A stretch of 64,000 bases of DNA from an uncultured delta proteobacterium (GCA_963761335.1 CAVXGR010000013.1:64001-128000); one strand, 5' to 3'. Shown: positions 33,818-44,441, counted from the stretch's first letter. Numbers and translations: made by a program. Notes: generated from the sequence alone by a model not told the origin.

Positions 33818-34786
33818 TCACTCCTTCACATAGACGTCGGTGGTCAGGTCCGCCAGATCGGGCAACGGCGCCTTTTCCGCCTCCTCGACAGCAGCGGCGA
33901 TCAACGCCGACACCTCGCGATCGATGCGCCGCAGATTGCCGCCCTCGACCACGCCCTCGGCGACGACGCGCTCTTCGAACTGCGCCAGCGGATCGCGGTT
34001 CTGACGCCACTCGTCGGCCTCCTCCTTGGTGCGGTAGGTGAGCGGGTCGCCGACGTAGTGTCCGTAGTACCGATAGGTCTTGCACTCGAGCAACGTCGGT
34101 CCCTCGCCGCGGCGCGCTCGGGCGATCGCCGCACCCGCCTTTTCATGGACGTCGAAGAAATCCATGCCGTCGGCGATGTCGCTGCGCATCGCGTACGCCG
34201 CGGCGCGGGCGGCGATGTCGCGCACCGGGGTGACGAACTCCATCGGCGTCGCCTCGCCGTAGCCGTTGTTCTCCACCACGAAGACCACCGGCAGCGTCCA
34301 GATCGCCGCCAGGTTGAGCGCCTCGTGGAACTGCCCCTGGTTCGAAGCGCCGTCGCCGAAGAAGGCGATGGCGACACCACCGGTCTTCTTCACCTGCGCC
34401 GACAGCGCGGCGCCGACCGCCAGCGGGATCCCGGCGCCGACGATGCCGTTGGCGCCGAGCATGCCGCGGTCGAGATCGGCGATGTGCATCGAGCCGCCCT
34501 TCCCTTTGCAGATGCCGGTGCGGCGCCCGAAGAGCTCCGCCATCATGCCGCGCACGTCGACTCCCTTGGCGATGCAGTGGCCGTGGCCGCGGTGCGTCGA
34601 AGTGACGTAGTCGCGATCGGCGAGATGGGCGCAGACGCCGACGGCGACGGCCTCCTCGCCGGCGTAGAGATGCAGAAAGCCGGCGAGCTTCCCGGCCATC
34701 ACCAGATCCGAGAGCTTCTCCTCGAAGGCGCGGATGGTGCGCATGCGCCGGTACATGTCCATGAGCGTTTCGGTGGAAAGCGGCAT
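33818..34786 (-). CDS. acoA: TPP-dependent dehydrogenase E1 alpha subunit (acetoin dehydrogenase type)
   Basis: GFLHLYAGEEA, STHRGHGH, GDGA..ENN, YYGHYVGD; AGGAGG RBS. Confidence 0.85.
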   Translation of the reverse strand: MPLSTETLMDMYRRMRTIRAFEEKLSDLVMAGKLAGFLHLYAGEEAVAVGVCAHLADRDYVTSTHRGHGHCIAKGVDVRGMMAELFGRRTGICKGKGGSMHIADLDRGMLGANGIVGAGIPLAVGAALSAQVKKTGGVAIAFFGDGASNQGQFHEALNLAAIWTLPVVFVVENNGYGEATPMEFVTPVRDIAARAAAYAMRSDIADGMDFFDVHEKAGAAIARARRGEGPTLLECKTYRYYGHYVGDPLTYRTKEEADEWRQNRDPLAQFEERVVAEGVVEGGNLRRIDREVSALIAAAVEEAEKAPLPDLADLTTDVYVKE

Positions 34787-34875
34787 CGATCTCCTCCTGT
34801 CGCGAAGTTTCACAGGGGGCAGGGGCTGTCAATCGCTGCGCGCGCGGGCCGAGTAGAAGCGGCGGGACGGCGCTT

Positions 34876-36111
34876 CTACTCCGGCTCTACGGAGACAACC
34901 ACCGGCCCTGCCGCCGGATCGACGTCATCGAGCCAGTCGGCCGGCGCATGCAGGGGCAATGCCGGCACCAGGCGCCGATAGCGCCCGCGCCAGAGGACTC
35001 GCGGCCCCTGGCGCATCACCAGGTCGGCGCGATCGACGAAGCACTCGCAGCGCCACAGAAATCGGCCGCGCGGCGGCCGCCCGCCACCGGCGGCGCTCGG
35101 CGAAATCCACTGCACCGGCGGCTCGCAAAGAATCGGCACCGCCGGATGTTTGGGCCAGTCACCGGTGCGCAGGAACGCCTGCACCGGCGCCGCCGCGTGT
35201 CGCCCCCCGAGCGCGGCGACGTCGGCGGTCTCGGCAGCGTGCAGCAGATTGCCGGCACCGAAGACGCCGCGGCGCGAGGTGCGCAGCGCCGCGTCGACGC
35301 GCGGTGCCCGCGTCGCCGGGTCCATCTCCAGACCGCCCCGGCGCGCCAGCTCGTGATCCGGGATCCAGTCGCCGGTGAACACCACCGTGTCGCAATCGAT
35401 GCGTTGGCTTTCACCGCTGCAGAGGTCTGTCACCTCGACCGCCTCCACGCGACGCGCCCCGACGATGCGCGTCACGCTGTGAGAGGGCAGCACCGGCACG
35501 CGATGGCGGCTGGCGCTCAGCCATCGGTATGGCGGATAGGTTTGATGGCGCGGATGCTCGGTCACCATGGCCACCGGCACACAGCCGCCGTGCACCAGGG
35601 TGAGCACCGCGGAGAAGCTGACGTGCTCGGCGCCCACAATCACGGCGCCGCGGCCGACGCGCTCGTGACGCAGGTGGACGAGCTGCTGCAGGGACCCGGT
35701 GGTGAAGATGCCCAGCGGCCGGTCTCCGGGAACCAGACGAGCGCTTCGCGGCCGCTCGCGGCAGCCGGTGGCCAGCACCACGGCGTCGGCCTCAATCACC
35801 TCGAGACCGCTGGGGCTGGTGGTGTGCAGCTCGCGCTCCCCCGCCCAGCCGATGACCGAGGTGCTGGTGCGCAGCTCGACGCCGGCCTCGGTGGCCAGCC
35901 CGGCGTAGCGGCGCGCGTAGGCAGGGCCGCTCAGCAGGCGGTGCATGTCGCGCAAGCCGAAGCCGAGGTGATCGGCATGGCGCGGAACGCCGCCTGGCTG
36001 CTCCTCGCGCTCGAGCACCAGCACCTTGCGCACTCCGCGCCGCCGCAGCTCGAGGGCCGCCGCCAATCCGGCCGGCCCGCCACCGACAATGCAGACGTCA
36101 GCGCGAGTCAT
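34876..36111 (-). CDS. NAD(P)/FAD-dependent oxidoreductase
   Basis: GGGPAG, LATGCRERPR, GAGNLLH. Confidence 0.85.
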   Translation of the reverse strand: MTRADVCIVGGGPAGLAAALELRRRGVRKVLVLEREEQPGGVPRHADHLGFGLRDMHRLLSGPAYARRYAGLATEAGVELRTSTSVIGWAGERELHTTSPSGLEVIEADAVVLATGCRERPRSARLVPGDRPLGIFTTGSLQQLVHLRHERVGRGAVIVGAEHVSFSAVLTLVHGGCVPVAMVTEHPRHQTYPPYRWLSASRHRVPVLPSHSVTRIVGARRVEAVEVTDLCSGESQRIDCDTVVFTGDWIPDHELARRGGLEMDPATRAPRVDAALRTSRRGVFGAGNLLHAAETADVAALGGRHAAAPVQAFLRTGDWPKHPAVPILCEPPVQWISPSAAGGGRPPRGRFLWRCECFVDRADLVMRQGPRVLWRGRYRRLVPALPLHAPADWLDDVDPAAGPVVVSVEPE

Positions 36112-36293
36112 GGGGACTGGCTCCAGCTGGGGACTGGCTCCTTTTCGGCACCGGTTCCCTGCGGGACAGGAGATGCCGTTCGCCGCCGAAAAGGTGCCTG
36201 TCCCCGCCGGCCGCGGCGTTTGGGGACTGGCACCTTTTGCGGGCGACTCCGCCGCGTCCGGGAGATTTCGAACGGCAAAAGTAGCCTGTCCCC
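36112..36293. repeat. Cluster of GGGGAC(T/A)GGC REP units inside an operon
   Basis: ggggactggctcc x2, gccgaaaaggtgcctgtcccc, ggggactggcacctttt, ggcaaaagtagcctgtcccc. Confidence 0.8.
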
Positions 36294-36294
36294 A

Positions 36295-37713
36295 TCAGCT
36301 CCCCTCCGGCGTGGCAAGCACCTCGGCGATCGACTTGCCCGAAGCCGCGGCGAGGGTGGCGGCGAGGTTGGCCAGGCAGAAGAATCCCTGGCAGCGACCG
36401 AGCAGGGCACGGGTGCGGCGCCGCAGGCCGTCGAGGCTCTGTGCCGGAATCGGCGCCCGCGCCGCATCGAGGACCTCTCCGCGGCTGACGCGCTCGCAGT
36501 GGCAGAGGATGCGGCCGTAGTCGGCGTTGGCGGCGATCATCTCGGCAGACTGGTACGGCCGCGGTCGGCTCTCACCGATCTGCGGCATGCGCACCGAATG
36601 AAACTCCGGCACGGGCTCGAGGCGCAGGCCGGCGTCCGCCAGGCCGGCGACGACGTGCTCGGCGATCGCCATCGACGCCGACAGGCCAGTGGAGCGAATG
36701 CCGCCGACACAGACGTAGCGCTGCTCGGGGTGGAAGCGGATCTGATAGTCGCTGTGCTCGGTGGCAGCCCGCAGCCCGACGTAGACGGCGGTCACCTCCT
36801 CCGACATCAGCTCGGGAACGATGCGGCGGCCGCGCTCCATCAAGCTGGTGATTCCGGATGCCGTCGATCCCGTGGCCGTCCGATCGTCGATATCCTCCGC
36901 CGTCGGCCCGATCATGACGTTGCCGAAGACAGTCGGGCTGACGAGAATGCCCTTGCTCATCTTGGTCGGCACCTGCAGCACGATGTGCTCGACCAGCGGC
37001 CGCGCCAGCTTGTCGAAGACGATCAGCTCACCGCGCCGCGGCGTCACCGTGAACTCCCGATGTCCGAAGAGCGCATCGATGCGGTCGGAGTACAGGCCGG
37101 CGGCGTTGATCACCCAGCGGCTGTGGATCGCGCCGCCGGGCGCGCGCAGCTCGTGCGCCTCGGCGCCGCACGAGATCGACTCGACGGGGGCGGACAGGCG
37201 CAGCTCGACGCCGTTGAGCAGCGCCTGCGTCGCGTACGCCAAGGGTGTGGTGAACGGGCAGATGATGCTCTCATCGGGCACCTCGAGCGCGCCGCTGGCT
37301 CCGGGGCCGAGGTGCGGCTCACGCCGGTAGAGCTCGGCCGCGTCGATGATTCGCGTCTCCGCGTATTCGTTGCGCGCCGCAATGGCGGCGATCTCCGGTA
37401 GCGCCGCCCTCTGCTCCTCGTCCCAGGCGACCAGCAGGGCACCGCTGCGCTCGACCGGGATGCCGACCTCCGCAGCATACGCCGAGAGCAAGTCGTGGCC
37501 GCGGCGCACCAGCCGTGCCTCGAGGCTGCCGGGCTTGGCATCGAAGCCGGTGTGCAGGATGGCGGTGTTTGCCTTGCTCGTGCCGCAACCGACGTCGGCG
37601 GCGGCGTCGATCAACACGCAGCGCACACGGAAGCGCGCCAGCTCGCGGGCGATCGCCGCGCCGACGACGCCGGCACCGACGATGGCGACGTCGCGGATCT
37701 CCTCACGATCCAT
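36295..37713 (-). CDS. FAD-dependent glycerol-3-phosphate dehydrogenase-like protein with BFD [2Fe-2S] tail
   Basis: GAGVVG, TSKANTAILHTGFD, CHCERV..GRCQGFFC. Confidence 0.85.
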   Translation of the reverse strand: MDREEIRDVAIVGAGVVGAAIARELARFRVRCVLIDAAADVGCGTSKANTAILHTGFDAKPGSLEARLVRRGHDLLSAYAAEVGIPVERSGALLVAWDEEQRAALPEIAAIAARNEYAETRIIDAAELYRREPHLGPGASGALEVPDESIICPFTTPLAYATQALLNGVELRLSAPVESISCGAEAHELRAPGGAIHSRWVINAAGLYSDRIDALFGHREFTVTPRRGELIVFDKLARPLVEHIVLQVPTKMSKGILVSPTVFGNVMIGPTAEDIDDRTATGSTASGITSLMERGRRIVPELMSEEVTAVYVGLRAATEHSDYQIRFHPEQRYVCVGGIRSTGLSASMAIAEHVVAGLADAGLRLEPVPEFHSVRMPQIGESRPRPYQSAEMIAANADYGRILCHCERVSRGEVLDAARAPIPAQSLDGLRRRTRALLGRCQGFFCLANLAATLAAASGKSIAEVLATPEGS

Positions 37714-39142
37714 GAGCTCCGCCGCGCAGATCCTGGGTCGCCTCAACTGCCTCGCGCCAACAGGCGAGCCGATCCTCAGCATCGGCGGCCGAGATCCTCG
37801 GGGCGAAGGTTTCCGCCGGCCGCCATTCACCGATCGCCTCCTGCGGCGAAGACGCCAGGCCGCAGCCCAGGCGCGCAAAGGCGGCGACACCGAGCGCGGT
37901 GGCGTGCGGCGAGGGGTAGATGTCCACTGGTGCCTGCAGCAGATCCGCCTGCGCCTGCATGAGGACGCGCGAGCGGGTCAGCCCGCCATCGGCGCGCAGT
38001 CGCGAAATCGGACGTCCGAGGTCGTCGCCGGCGGCGCCAGCGAGGCAGGCGACCTGCGCGGCAACGCCGTCGACGACGGCGCGCACAAGGTGGCGCCGTT
38101 CCGTCGCCAGGGACAGACCGACGAAGCTGCCGCGCGCCGAGGGGCGCCAGAACGGTGCACCGAGACCGGCGAGCGCCGGCACGAACACCGCACCGCCGCT
38201 GTCGCCGGCCGCAACCACATCGAGATCGGCGGGCTCACGCATCAGACCGAGCCCGATCATCCAGGTCACCGCGGCGCCGACGGTGTACACCTGGCCGTCG
38301 AGGCAGTAGTCGGTGCGGTCGCCGAGCTGCCAGGCGACGCAGGCGACCAGGCGGGAACTCGAGCGGGCGGCGCGCTCTCCGGTGGTGGCGAGCAGGAAGG
38401 CGCCGGTCCCGTAAGTGCATTTGGCGGCGCCGGCGTCGAGGCAACCCTCGGCGAACAGCGCCGCCTGCTGGTCCACCGCCAGGCCGGCGACCGGCACCGT
38501 CCCTCCGAACGCCGCGGTCTCGCCGACGATCCCGGCGCAAGCAGCGATCCGCGGCAGGGACGCCGGATCGATTCCGAACACCTCGCACGCTTCCGGCGCC
38601 CAGCAGACCCCGGCGAGATCGAGGAGCAGGGTGCGCGACGCCGTGGCGGCGTCGGTGACGTAGGCTCCGGCGAGGCGATAAAGGAGCCAGGTGTCGCTGG
38701 TGGTGCAAACCCCCGCCGCAGTGACGTTCTCTCGCAGCCAGAGCATCTTCGGCGCGGCAAAATAAGGGTCGAGCGGCAGACCCGTGAGCTCGCGCAAGCG
38801 CTCGGCGTGCGCGGCAAGGCGCTCGCATACACCGGTGGCGCGGCGGTCCTGCCAGGAGAGTGCCGGCGACAGCGGTCGTCCCGAGGCGCGGTCCCAGGCG
38901 AGAACGGTCTCGCCCTGATTCGCCAGCCCGACGCCGGCGATCGGCACCGCCGCCCGCGCCACCGCCTCGCGGCCGGCGTCGAGGACCGATTGCCAGAGCT
39001 CCTCCGGGTCCTGCTCGACGCCGCCGCCGGAGACAGCGCGCGGATGTACCGGCACCTCGGCCGCCGCCAGAATCACGCCCGCGGGCGACACCACCAGCGC
39101 CTTGGTCGACGAGGTTCCCTGATCGATGGCGAGGATGTTCAC
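37703..39142 (-). CDS. FGGY-family carbohydrate (glycerol-kinase-like) kinase
   Basis: IDQGTSSTK, NQGET, WQDRR, KCTYGTG, ADGG. Confidence 0.9.
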   Translation of the reverse strand: MNILAIDQGTSSTKALVVSPAGVILAAAEVPVHPRAVSGGGVEQDPEELWQSVLDAGREAVARAAVPIAGVGLANQGETVLAWDRASGRPLSPALSWQDRRATGVCERLAAHAERLRELTGLPLDPYFAAPKMLWLRENVTAAGVCTTSDTWLLYRLAGAYVTDAATASRTLLLDLAGVCWAPEACEVFGIDPASLPRIAACAGIVGETAAFGGTVPVAGLAVDQQAALFAEGCLDAGAAKCTYGTGAFLLATTGERAARSSSRLVACVAWQLGDRTDYCLDGQVYTVGAAVTWMIGLGLMREPADLDVVAAGDSGGAVFVPALAGLGAPFWRPSARGSFVGLSLATERRHLVRAVVDGVAAQVACLAGAAGDDLGRPISRLRADGGLTRSRVLMQAQADLLQAPVDIYPSPHATALGVAAFARLGCGLASSPQEAIGEWRPAETFAPRISAADAEDRLACWREAVEATQDLRGGAHGS

Positions 39143-39166
39143 CGCGGCGGTTGTACGCCGGTAGGG

Positions 39167-39600
39167 TGGGGACAGGCAACTCTTGGCGCGAGCGCCGTGG
39201 TGGGGACAGGCTACTTTTCGGCTTCACCGCCGCAACTGCTCACCAGCGACTCCAGCGCCGAAAAGTAGCCTGCTTCGAAAATCTATTGGGGAAGGTCTGG
39301 CGGAGCTCCCCGCGCTTGGCGTGGAGGCTTATCGCCCCGGAGGGGCGCAGGCATGTAGCCCCGGGTGTTAACCCGGGGACCGCGTTCCGATTGGCCCAGA
39401 TCAGCGCCCCGCAGGGGCGCAGGCGCAGAGGCCGCGTGAATCACCTCGATGAGCTTCCCAGGCACCCAGCGGTGATCATCGGCGTACAGGCGTGACATCG
39501 ACGAAAACTTGCCCGCGCCCCTGGCGGGGCGCGCCTGACGGAGCGTGCATTCTTCCCCGGGTTTCACCCGGGGCTACACGCCACCGCCCCTCCGGGGCGA
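39167..39600. repeat. Mosaic REP cluster (GGGGACAGGC family plus GCCCCGGAGGGGCG/GTAGCCCCGGG family)
   Basis: ggggacaggc(t/a)ac..; gccccggaggggcgcaggcatgtagccccgggtgttaacccgggg and an inverted copy at ~39555-39599. Confidence 0.8.
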
Positions 39601-39746
39601 ACTTCAGCCGGGCGAGGACCTCCAAGTCTCTTGCCGGCGCAGATCCCCAGCCTCATTTTCATCGTCTATTGGTGAGCCGCAAGGCTCATGACGCACTGTC
39701 CCCATCGTGGATTTACATCTTCTCCCTTGGAACGCTAAATAGGGGC

Positions 39747-41303
39747 GTGCTCCGTGCTCCGACTCTCGGTGAGCTCCTGCGCGTTGCCGCCCGCGAGGCG
39801 CCGGAGACAGAGGCGTTCCGCTACGGCGACGAGTCGATCACCTACCGCGACTGGGACCTGCTCGCCGATCACATGGCCGCGGCGCTGGCGGCGCGCGGTG
39901 TCCGCCGCGGCAGCGTGGTGGCGCTGCTGCTGCCCTCGACGCCGCTCTACCCGGTAGCCTATCTGGGCGCGGCGCGGCTGGGAGCGGTCACCACGGGGAT
40001 CAACATTCGCTACCGGCGAACGGAGATCGGCCACATCCTGCAGCGCAGCGGCGCCTCGGTGCTGATCGCCGTGAAGAGCTGGCGGGATGCGGATTTCCGC
40101 GCCGCCATCGAGCCGTTGCGCGCCGAGCTCGAGGAGCTGAGAGAGATCGCCTGGCTCGCGGCGGACGAGGTGTGCGCCAGCACCGCCGGCGTGGTCGGCG
40201 CACTTGCGGCAGGAGAGGTGGCGCCGGCCGTCGCCGTGGAGCCCGACGATGCAGTGGCCATCGTCTTCACCAGCGGCACCACCGGAGTGCCCAAGGGCGC
40301 TTGGTTCACACACCGGAACCTGATGGCGGTGGCCGAGATCGACACCCGACGCTACGCCAGCGGCGTGCCGCCATTCGCGAAGCATCTGGTCGCCGGCCTG
40401 CCCTTTGCGCACATCGGCACCATGGCCCGCATGGCGCTTCACATCGCCCACGGCAATGCCATGCTGATCCACGACACCTTCGATCCCGCCGCCGTGCTGG
40501 CGACGATCGAGGAGGAGAAGCTGACCCATCTCGGCGGCATCCCCACGCAGATCGTCATGCTGCTCGACCACCCGCAGCGAAGCCAGCACGACCTCTCGTC
40601 GCTCCGCTCCGTTCTTCTCGGCGGCGCGCCGTCGTCACCGGCGCTGATCCGGCGCGTGCAGGAGACGCTCGGCGTCTCTGTCAGCGTGCGCTACTCCTCT
40701 ACCGAGGTGGGCATTGCCACGGCGTCTCTCCCTGACGACTCGCCGGAGATCCTGACGACAACCGTAGGCAAGGCCACACCAGGCGTCGAGCTGCGCATCG
40801 TCGGCGGCGACAACCGTGCGCTCGCCGCCGGGGAGGTCGGCGAGGTCGTGGTGCGCTCGCCGGCAACCATGCGCGGCTACTGGCGCGATGCGGAAGCGAC
40901 TGCCGCCGCCATCGACGCCGAGGGTTGGGTGCACACCGGCGATATGGGGTACCTCGATCCACAGGGCTATCTGCACCTGCGCGGGCGGCAGAGCGAGATG
41001 TTCATCCGCGGCGGCTTCAACGTCTACCCGGCCGAGATCGAAGATCTGCTCGCCAAGCACCCGAAGGTGGCGCGCGCCGCGGTCGTCGGTGTTCCGCACG
41101 AGGTCTTCGGCGAGATCGGCTGGGCTTTCGTCGTGCCGCGCGATCCATCCTCGCCCCCCGCGCTCGAGGAGCTGCGCGCCCACGTCGGGGAAGCCCTGGC
41201 GAGCTTCAAGCGCCCCGACGGGGTGACCGTTCTCACGGAGCTACCGGTCACGCCGATGTTCAAGGTGGACAAGCGCGCGCTCCGCGAAATGAGAAGGTGT
41301 TGA
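39747..41303 (+). CDS. Acyl-CoA ligase (class I adenylate-forming enzyme)
   Basis: FTSGTTGVPKG, YSSTE, TGDMG, GGFNVYP; GTG start inferred. Confidence 0.9.
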   Translation: MLRAPTLGELLRVAAREAPETEAFRYGDESITYRDWDLLADHMAAALAARGVRRGSVVALLLPSTPLYPVAYLGAARLGAVTTGINIRYRRTEIGHILQRSGASVLIAVKSWRDADFRAAIEPLRAELEELREIAWLAADEVCASTAGVVGALAAGEVAPAVAVEPDDAVAIVFTSGTTGVPKGAWFTHRNLMAVAEIDTRRYASGVPPFAKHLVAGLPFAHIGTMARMALHIAHGNAMLIHDTFDPAAVLATIEEEKLTHLGGIPTQIVMLLDHPQRSQHDLSSLRSVLLGGAPSSPALIRRVQETLGVSVSVRYSSTEVGIATASLPDDSPEILTTTVGKATPGVELRIVGGDNRALAAGEVGEVVVRSPATMRGYWRDAEATAAAIDAEGWVHTGDMGYLDPQGYLHLRGRQSEMFIRGGFNVYPAEIEDLLAKHPKVARAAVVGVPHEVFGEIGWAFVVPRDPSSPPALEELRAHVGEALASFKRPDGVTVLTELPVTPMFKVDKRALREMRRC

Positions 41304-41392
41304 AGGGGACTGGCTCCTGGCGCAGAGGCTCTGTGGTTGAGGCAGACGACGCGCCAACGAAAAGGTCCCTGTTCCCGAACCGAACTGGGCCC

Positions 41393-41920
41393 GTGACAGA
41401 GACACACAGCAAAGTAGCCTGGACATATGTAGCGCTTTCGGCGGGTGTCTCTGCGCTGCTGGTGATCGGCGTGGCGTGGTACGCAGGCATCATCCAAGAT
41501 GTCATGCTTGGTAAGGCGGCCCTGGCCACTGTACTTGACTTCAGTGTCGATCTGACTAAGCGCGCGCAGCACTCAGCAGCCTTCAGTGTCAAACATCCCG
41601 GTCGATATTCAGTGAATGTTGAGCTGACATTGAGAAACGGCCCGCAGGGCGGGCGAGACGCAACCAAGAGTTTTGGGTTCGGCGGTGAGGTGTCAATTGC
41701 AGGCAGGTCAGGGAAGGTTCTGCTGAGCCGAGCGTTTTCCAGAAGACTGCGCGGTGACGAAGTGGGCTTTAAGTTGCTCGACCTGACCGCCGACGAAGTG
41801 GGCGGCCCTGGCGATAAGGTCTTTAGGCTTCGCCTCGACGTCACCCCGCAGTTCAAGGAGCATTACTCCGAGGCGACGATCTACGTCAGAAGAGAACGAC
41901 ACTTCGCTTTGACGTACTGA
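41393..41920 (+). CDS. Hypothetical membrane-anchored protein
   Basis: N-terminal TM segment then beta-rich domain; visibly lower GC; start inferred. Confidence 0.6.
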   Translation: MTETHSKVAWTYVALSAGVSALLVIGVAWYAGIIQDVMLGKAALATVLDFSVDLTKRAQHSAAFSVKHPGRYSVNVELTLRNGPQGGRDATKSFGFGGEVSIAGRSGKVLLSRAFSRRLRGDEVGFKLLDLTADEVGGPGDKVFRLRLDVTPQFKEHYSEATIYVRRERHFALTY

Positions 41921-42002
41921 AGTGAACTCCGTTTGGAGTGAAGTAGCGTACGCCGATTCCGAGGGGCGGCACCTCGCTGAAGGTGGGCGCGGGACGTGAA
42001 GC

Positions 42003-42074
42003 GGGGACAGGCAACTTTTGCGGCCGAGATCGCTACTTGGAGGATACATCGCCCGGCAAAAGTAGCCTGTCCCC
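42003..42074. repeat. REP doublet overlapping the 3' end of a ligase gene
   Basis: ggggacaggcaacttttgc ... gcaaaagtagcctgtcccc. Confidence 0.8.
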
Positions 42075-43646
42075 TTCCGCCATGCGCCGCAGCGCCGCCT
42101 TTTCCACCTTTCCGGTTCCGGTGCGCGGCACGTCGGCGTCGGCGATGAGAAACACCTGGCGCGGCACCTTGTAGCTGGCGAGGTTCTCGCGGCAGAAGGC
42201 GATCAGCTCGTCGGCCGTAGCGCTGGCGCTGGGCTGCAGCACGACGAAAGCGGCGACGTTCTCGCCGCGCGTCGGGTGCGGCACGCCGACCACGTGCGCC
42301 GCCTTCACGGCCGGGTGGCGGCCGAGCGCCTCCTCGACCTCGACGGCGGCGACGTTGACGCCGGCGGTCTTGATCACGTCCTTGAGGCGGGTGGCGAAGT
42401 GCAGATAACCGTCCTCGTCGAAGTAGCCGAGATCGCCGGTCCGGAAGAAACCTTCGGCGTCGAAGGTCTGTGTCCGCGGCAGGCGGTAATAGCCCTCCAT
42501 CAGCGTCGGCCCCTTGACGTGAATCTCGCCGCTCTCCCCCTGGGGCACCTCGGCGCGGGTCCCGGGATCGACGATGCGCACCTCCATTCCCGGCAGCGGC
42601 CGGCCGAAGCTGCCGGCGCGTACCGGCTCCGGATCGTCCCAGCGGGTCGCCGTGACCACCGTCGCCGTCTCCGACATGCCGTACACGCCTATGGCCTGAT
42701 GATCCGTGCCGAGAAGGCGCGGCGCCAGGGCGTGATAGGTGCCCTTCTTCAGGCGCAGGCGGCGGCGGCCGAACTCGGGATGCTCGAGCAGCGGTCCGGC
42801 CTGATGCCAGCCGGCCATCAGCGTGCAGCCCTCGCGCTCCAGCAGATCCAGCGCGCCACCGGCCTCCACCGATTCCTGCAGGACGATACGGCCGCCTCCG
42901 GCCAGCGTCGCGAGGGCGCCGAGGACGAATCCTCCACTCCAGAACAGCGGCATGTGTCCCCACCAGGCATCTTCCGCGCCGAGGCCGAAGCACTCGGCGA
43001 TGCGCCGGCCCGAGGTCGCCAGGGCGGCGTGGGCGTGCAGCACCGCTTTCGCCTGCGCCGTCGTTCCCGAGGTGAAGAAGATCGTCGCCCAGTCGACCGG
43101 GGACACCGCCGCCTCGACAGCGTCGAGAAAGGCGTCTTCGACGTCGTCGCGGAGATCGCCCCAGCGCTCGGCGCCCGCCGCCTCTCCCTCGAGAAGAGCG
43201 ATCCGGCGCAGCGCCGGCGCCGCCGCGGCGCGCAGCAACCCCGGTGTGGCGCTGCGCATTTCGGGGAGAATGTCGTTCAGGCTGGCGACATAGTCGTGCT
43301 TGCGAAACTCCGGCATACTCACCAGCATCTGCACATCGGCGTGGCGCAGCGCGTAGGCGATCTCGTCGCGCTTCCAGAGCGTCGAGAAGGGGACCAGCAC
43401 GGCGCCGAGGCGCAGGGCCCCGAAGGCGATCGGCAGCCATTCGGTGCGGTTCGAGCAGAGGAAGCCGACCCGCGTGCCCTTGCCGGCGCCGGCGGCGAGG
43501 AGCTTCTTGGCCGCGGTCCGGCTGGCGGCGCGCAGCTGCGCCCAGCTGAGCCGCGCCGTCACCTCGGCGCGCGGCGCGTAGGCCAGCGCCTCGCGCTCGG
43601 GGAAGCGCGAGGCGCAGGAATCGAGAAACCCGCCGAGCGTCTCCAT
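42033..43646 (-). CDS. Acyl-CoA ligase
   Basis: FTSGTTAQAK, YGMSE, TGDLG, TGKV. Confidence 0.9.
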   Translation of the reverse strand: METLGGFLDSCASRFPEREALAYAPRAEVTARLSWAQLRAASRTAAKKLLAAGAGKGTRVGFLCSNRTEWLPIAFGALRLGAVLVPFSTLWKRDEIAYALRHADVQMLVSMPEFRKHDYVASLNDILPEMRSATPGLLRAAAAPALRRIALLEGEAAGAERWGDLRDDVEDAFLDAVEAAVSPVDWATIFFTSGTTAQAKAVLHAHAALATSGRRIAECFGLGAEDAWWGHMPLFWSGGFVLGALATLAGGGRIVLQESVEAGGALDLLEREGCTLMAGWHQAGPLLEHPEFGRRRLRLKKGTYHALAPRLLGTDHQAIGVYGMSETATVVTATRWDDPEPVRAGSFGRPLPGMEVRIVDPGTRAEVPQGESGEIHVKGPTLMEGYYRLPRTQTFDAEGFFRTGDLGYFDEDGYLHFATRLKDVIKTAGVNVAAVEVEEALGRHPAVKAAHVVGVPHPTRGENVAAFVVLQPSASATADELIAFCRENLASYKVPRQVFLIADADVPRTGTGKVEKAALRRMAEGDRLLLPGDVSSK

Positions 43647-44440
43647 CACTTCCCGGTGAACCGCGGCGGCCGCTTCTCGGCAAAGGCGCGCACCGCTTCC
43701 TTGTGGTCCTCGGTCTCGCCGAGAACGCCCTGGGCCAGGGCCTCCGCCTCGACTGCCTGGCGAAAGTCGGCGCGCGCGTTGCGTTCGAGCAGACCGCGCC
43801 CCAGGCGCGTCGCCTGCGGCGGCTGCGCGGCGATCGCCGCGGCGATCGCCGCCACCCGCTCGGCGAAACGCTCGACCTCGACCACCTCGGTGACCAGACC
43901 AATCCGCAGAGCCTCCGCCGCCGCCACAGGCTCCGCGGTCAGGAAGATGCGCTGCGCATTGGCGAGGCCGACACGGCGCGGCAGCAGGTAGGTGGTACCG
44001 CAGTCGGGCACGAAGCCGACCTTGACGAAGCTGAAGACGAAACGCGCCGCCGCCGATGCCACGGCGAAATCGCAGGCGAGCACGTAGGCGCACGCCATGC
44101 CGGCGGCGACGCCGTTCACCGCGGCGATCATCGGCTTCTGCCGCTGCAACAGCCGCTCGATTACACCGGCACCGTGGAGATTGCGCTGCCGGCCGACGAG
44201 CGCCGTGCGTCCCAGCCGATCGCCGCGCCCCATCAGCTTCAGGTCGGCGCCCGCCGAGAAGGCCCGGCCCGCACCGGTCATCACGATGGCGCGAATCGCT
44301 TCGTCGGCGTCCGCCTGGGCAACCAGATCCGCCAGCCGATCGCCCATCTCCGGCAGCAGCGCATTGAGCGCCTCGGGCCGGTTGAGAGTGATGGTGGCAA
44401 CCCCGCCGGCGGCTTCGTAGGTGACATGGGCTGAGGTCAT
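43646..44440 (-). CDS. Enoyl-CoA hydratase/isomerase (PaaG-like)
   Basis: LNRPEALNA, AFSAGADL, VNGVAAG, GFVPDCG. Confidence 0.9.
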   Translation of the reverse strand: MTSAHVTYEAAGGVATITLNRPEALNALLPEMGDRLADLVAQADADEAIRAIVMTGAGRAFSAGADLKLMGRGDRLGRTALVGRQRNLHGAGVIERLLQRQKPMIAAVNGVAAGMACAYVLACDFAVASAAARFVFSFVKVGFVPDCGTTYLLPRRVGLANAQRIFLTAEPVAAAEALRIGLVTEVVEVERFAERVAAIAAAIAAQPPQATRLGRGLLERNARADFRQAVEAEALAQGVLGETEDHKEAVRAFAEKRPPRFTGK

Positions 44441-44441
44441 A

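Noticed and set aside
36112..36293. REP clusters as a CRISPR array
   Set aside because: Units are inverted, irregularly spaced and degenerate; no cas genes are present.
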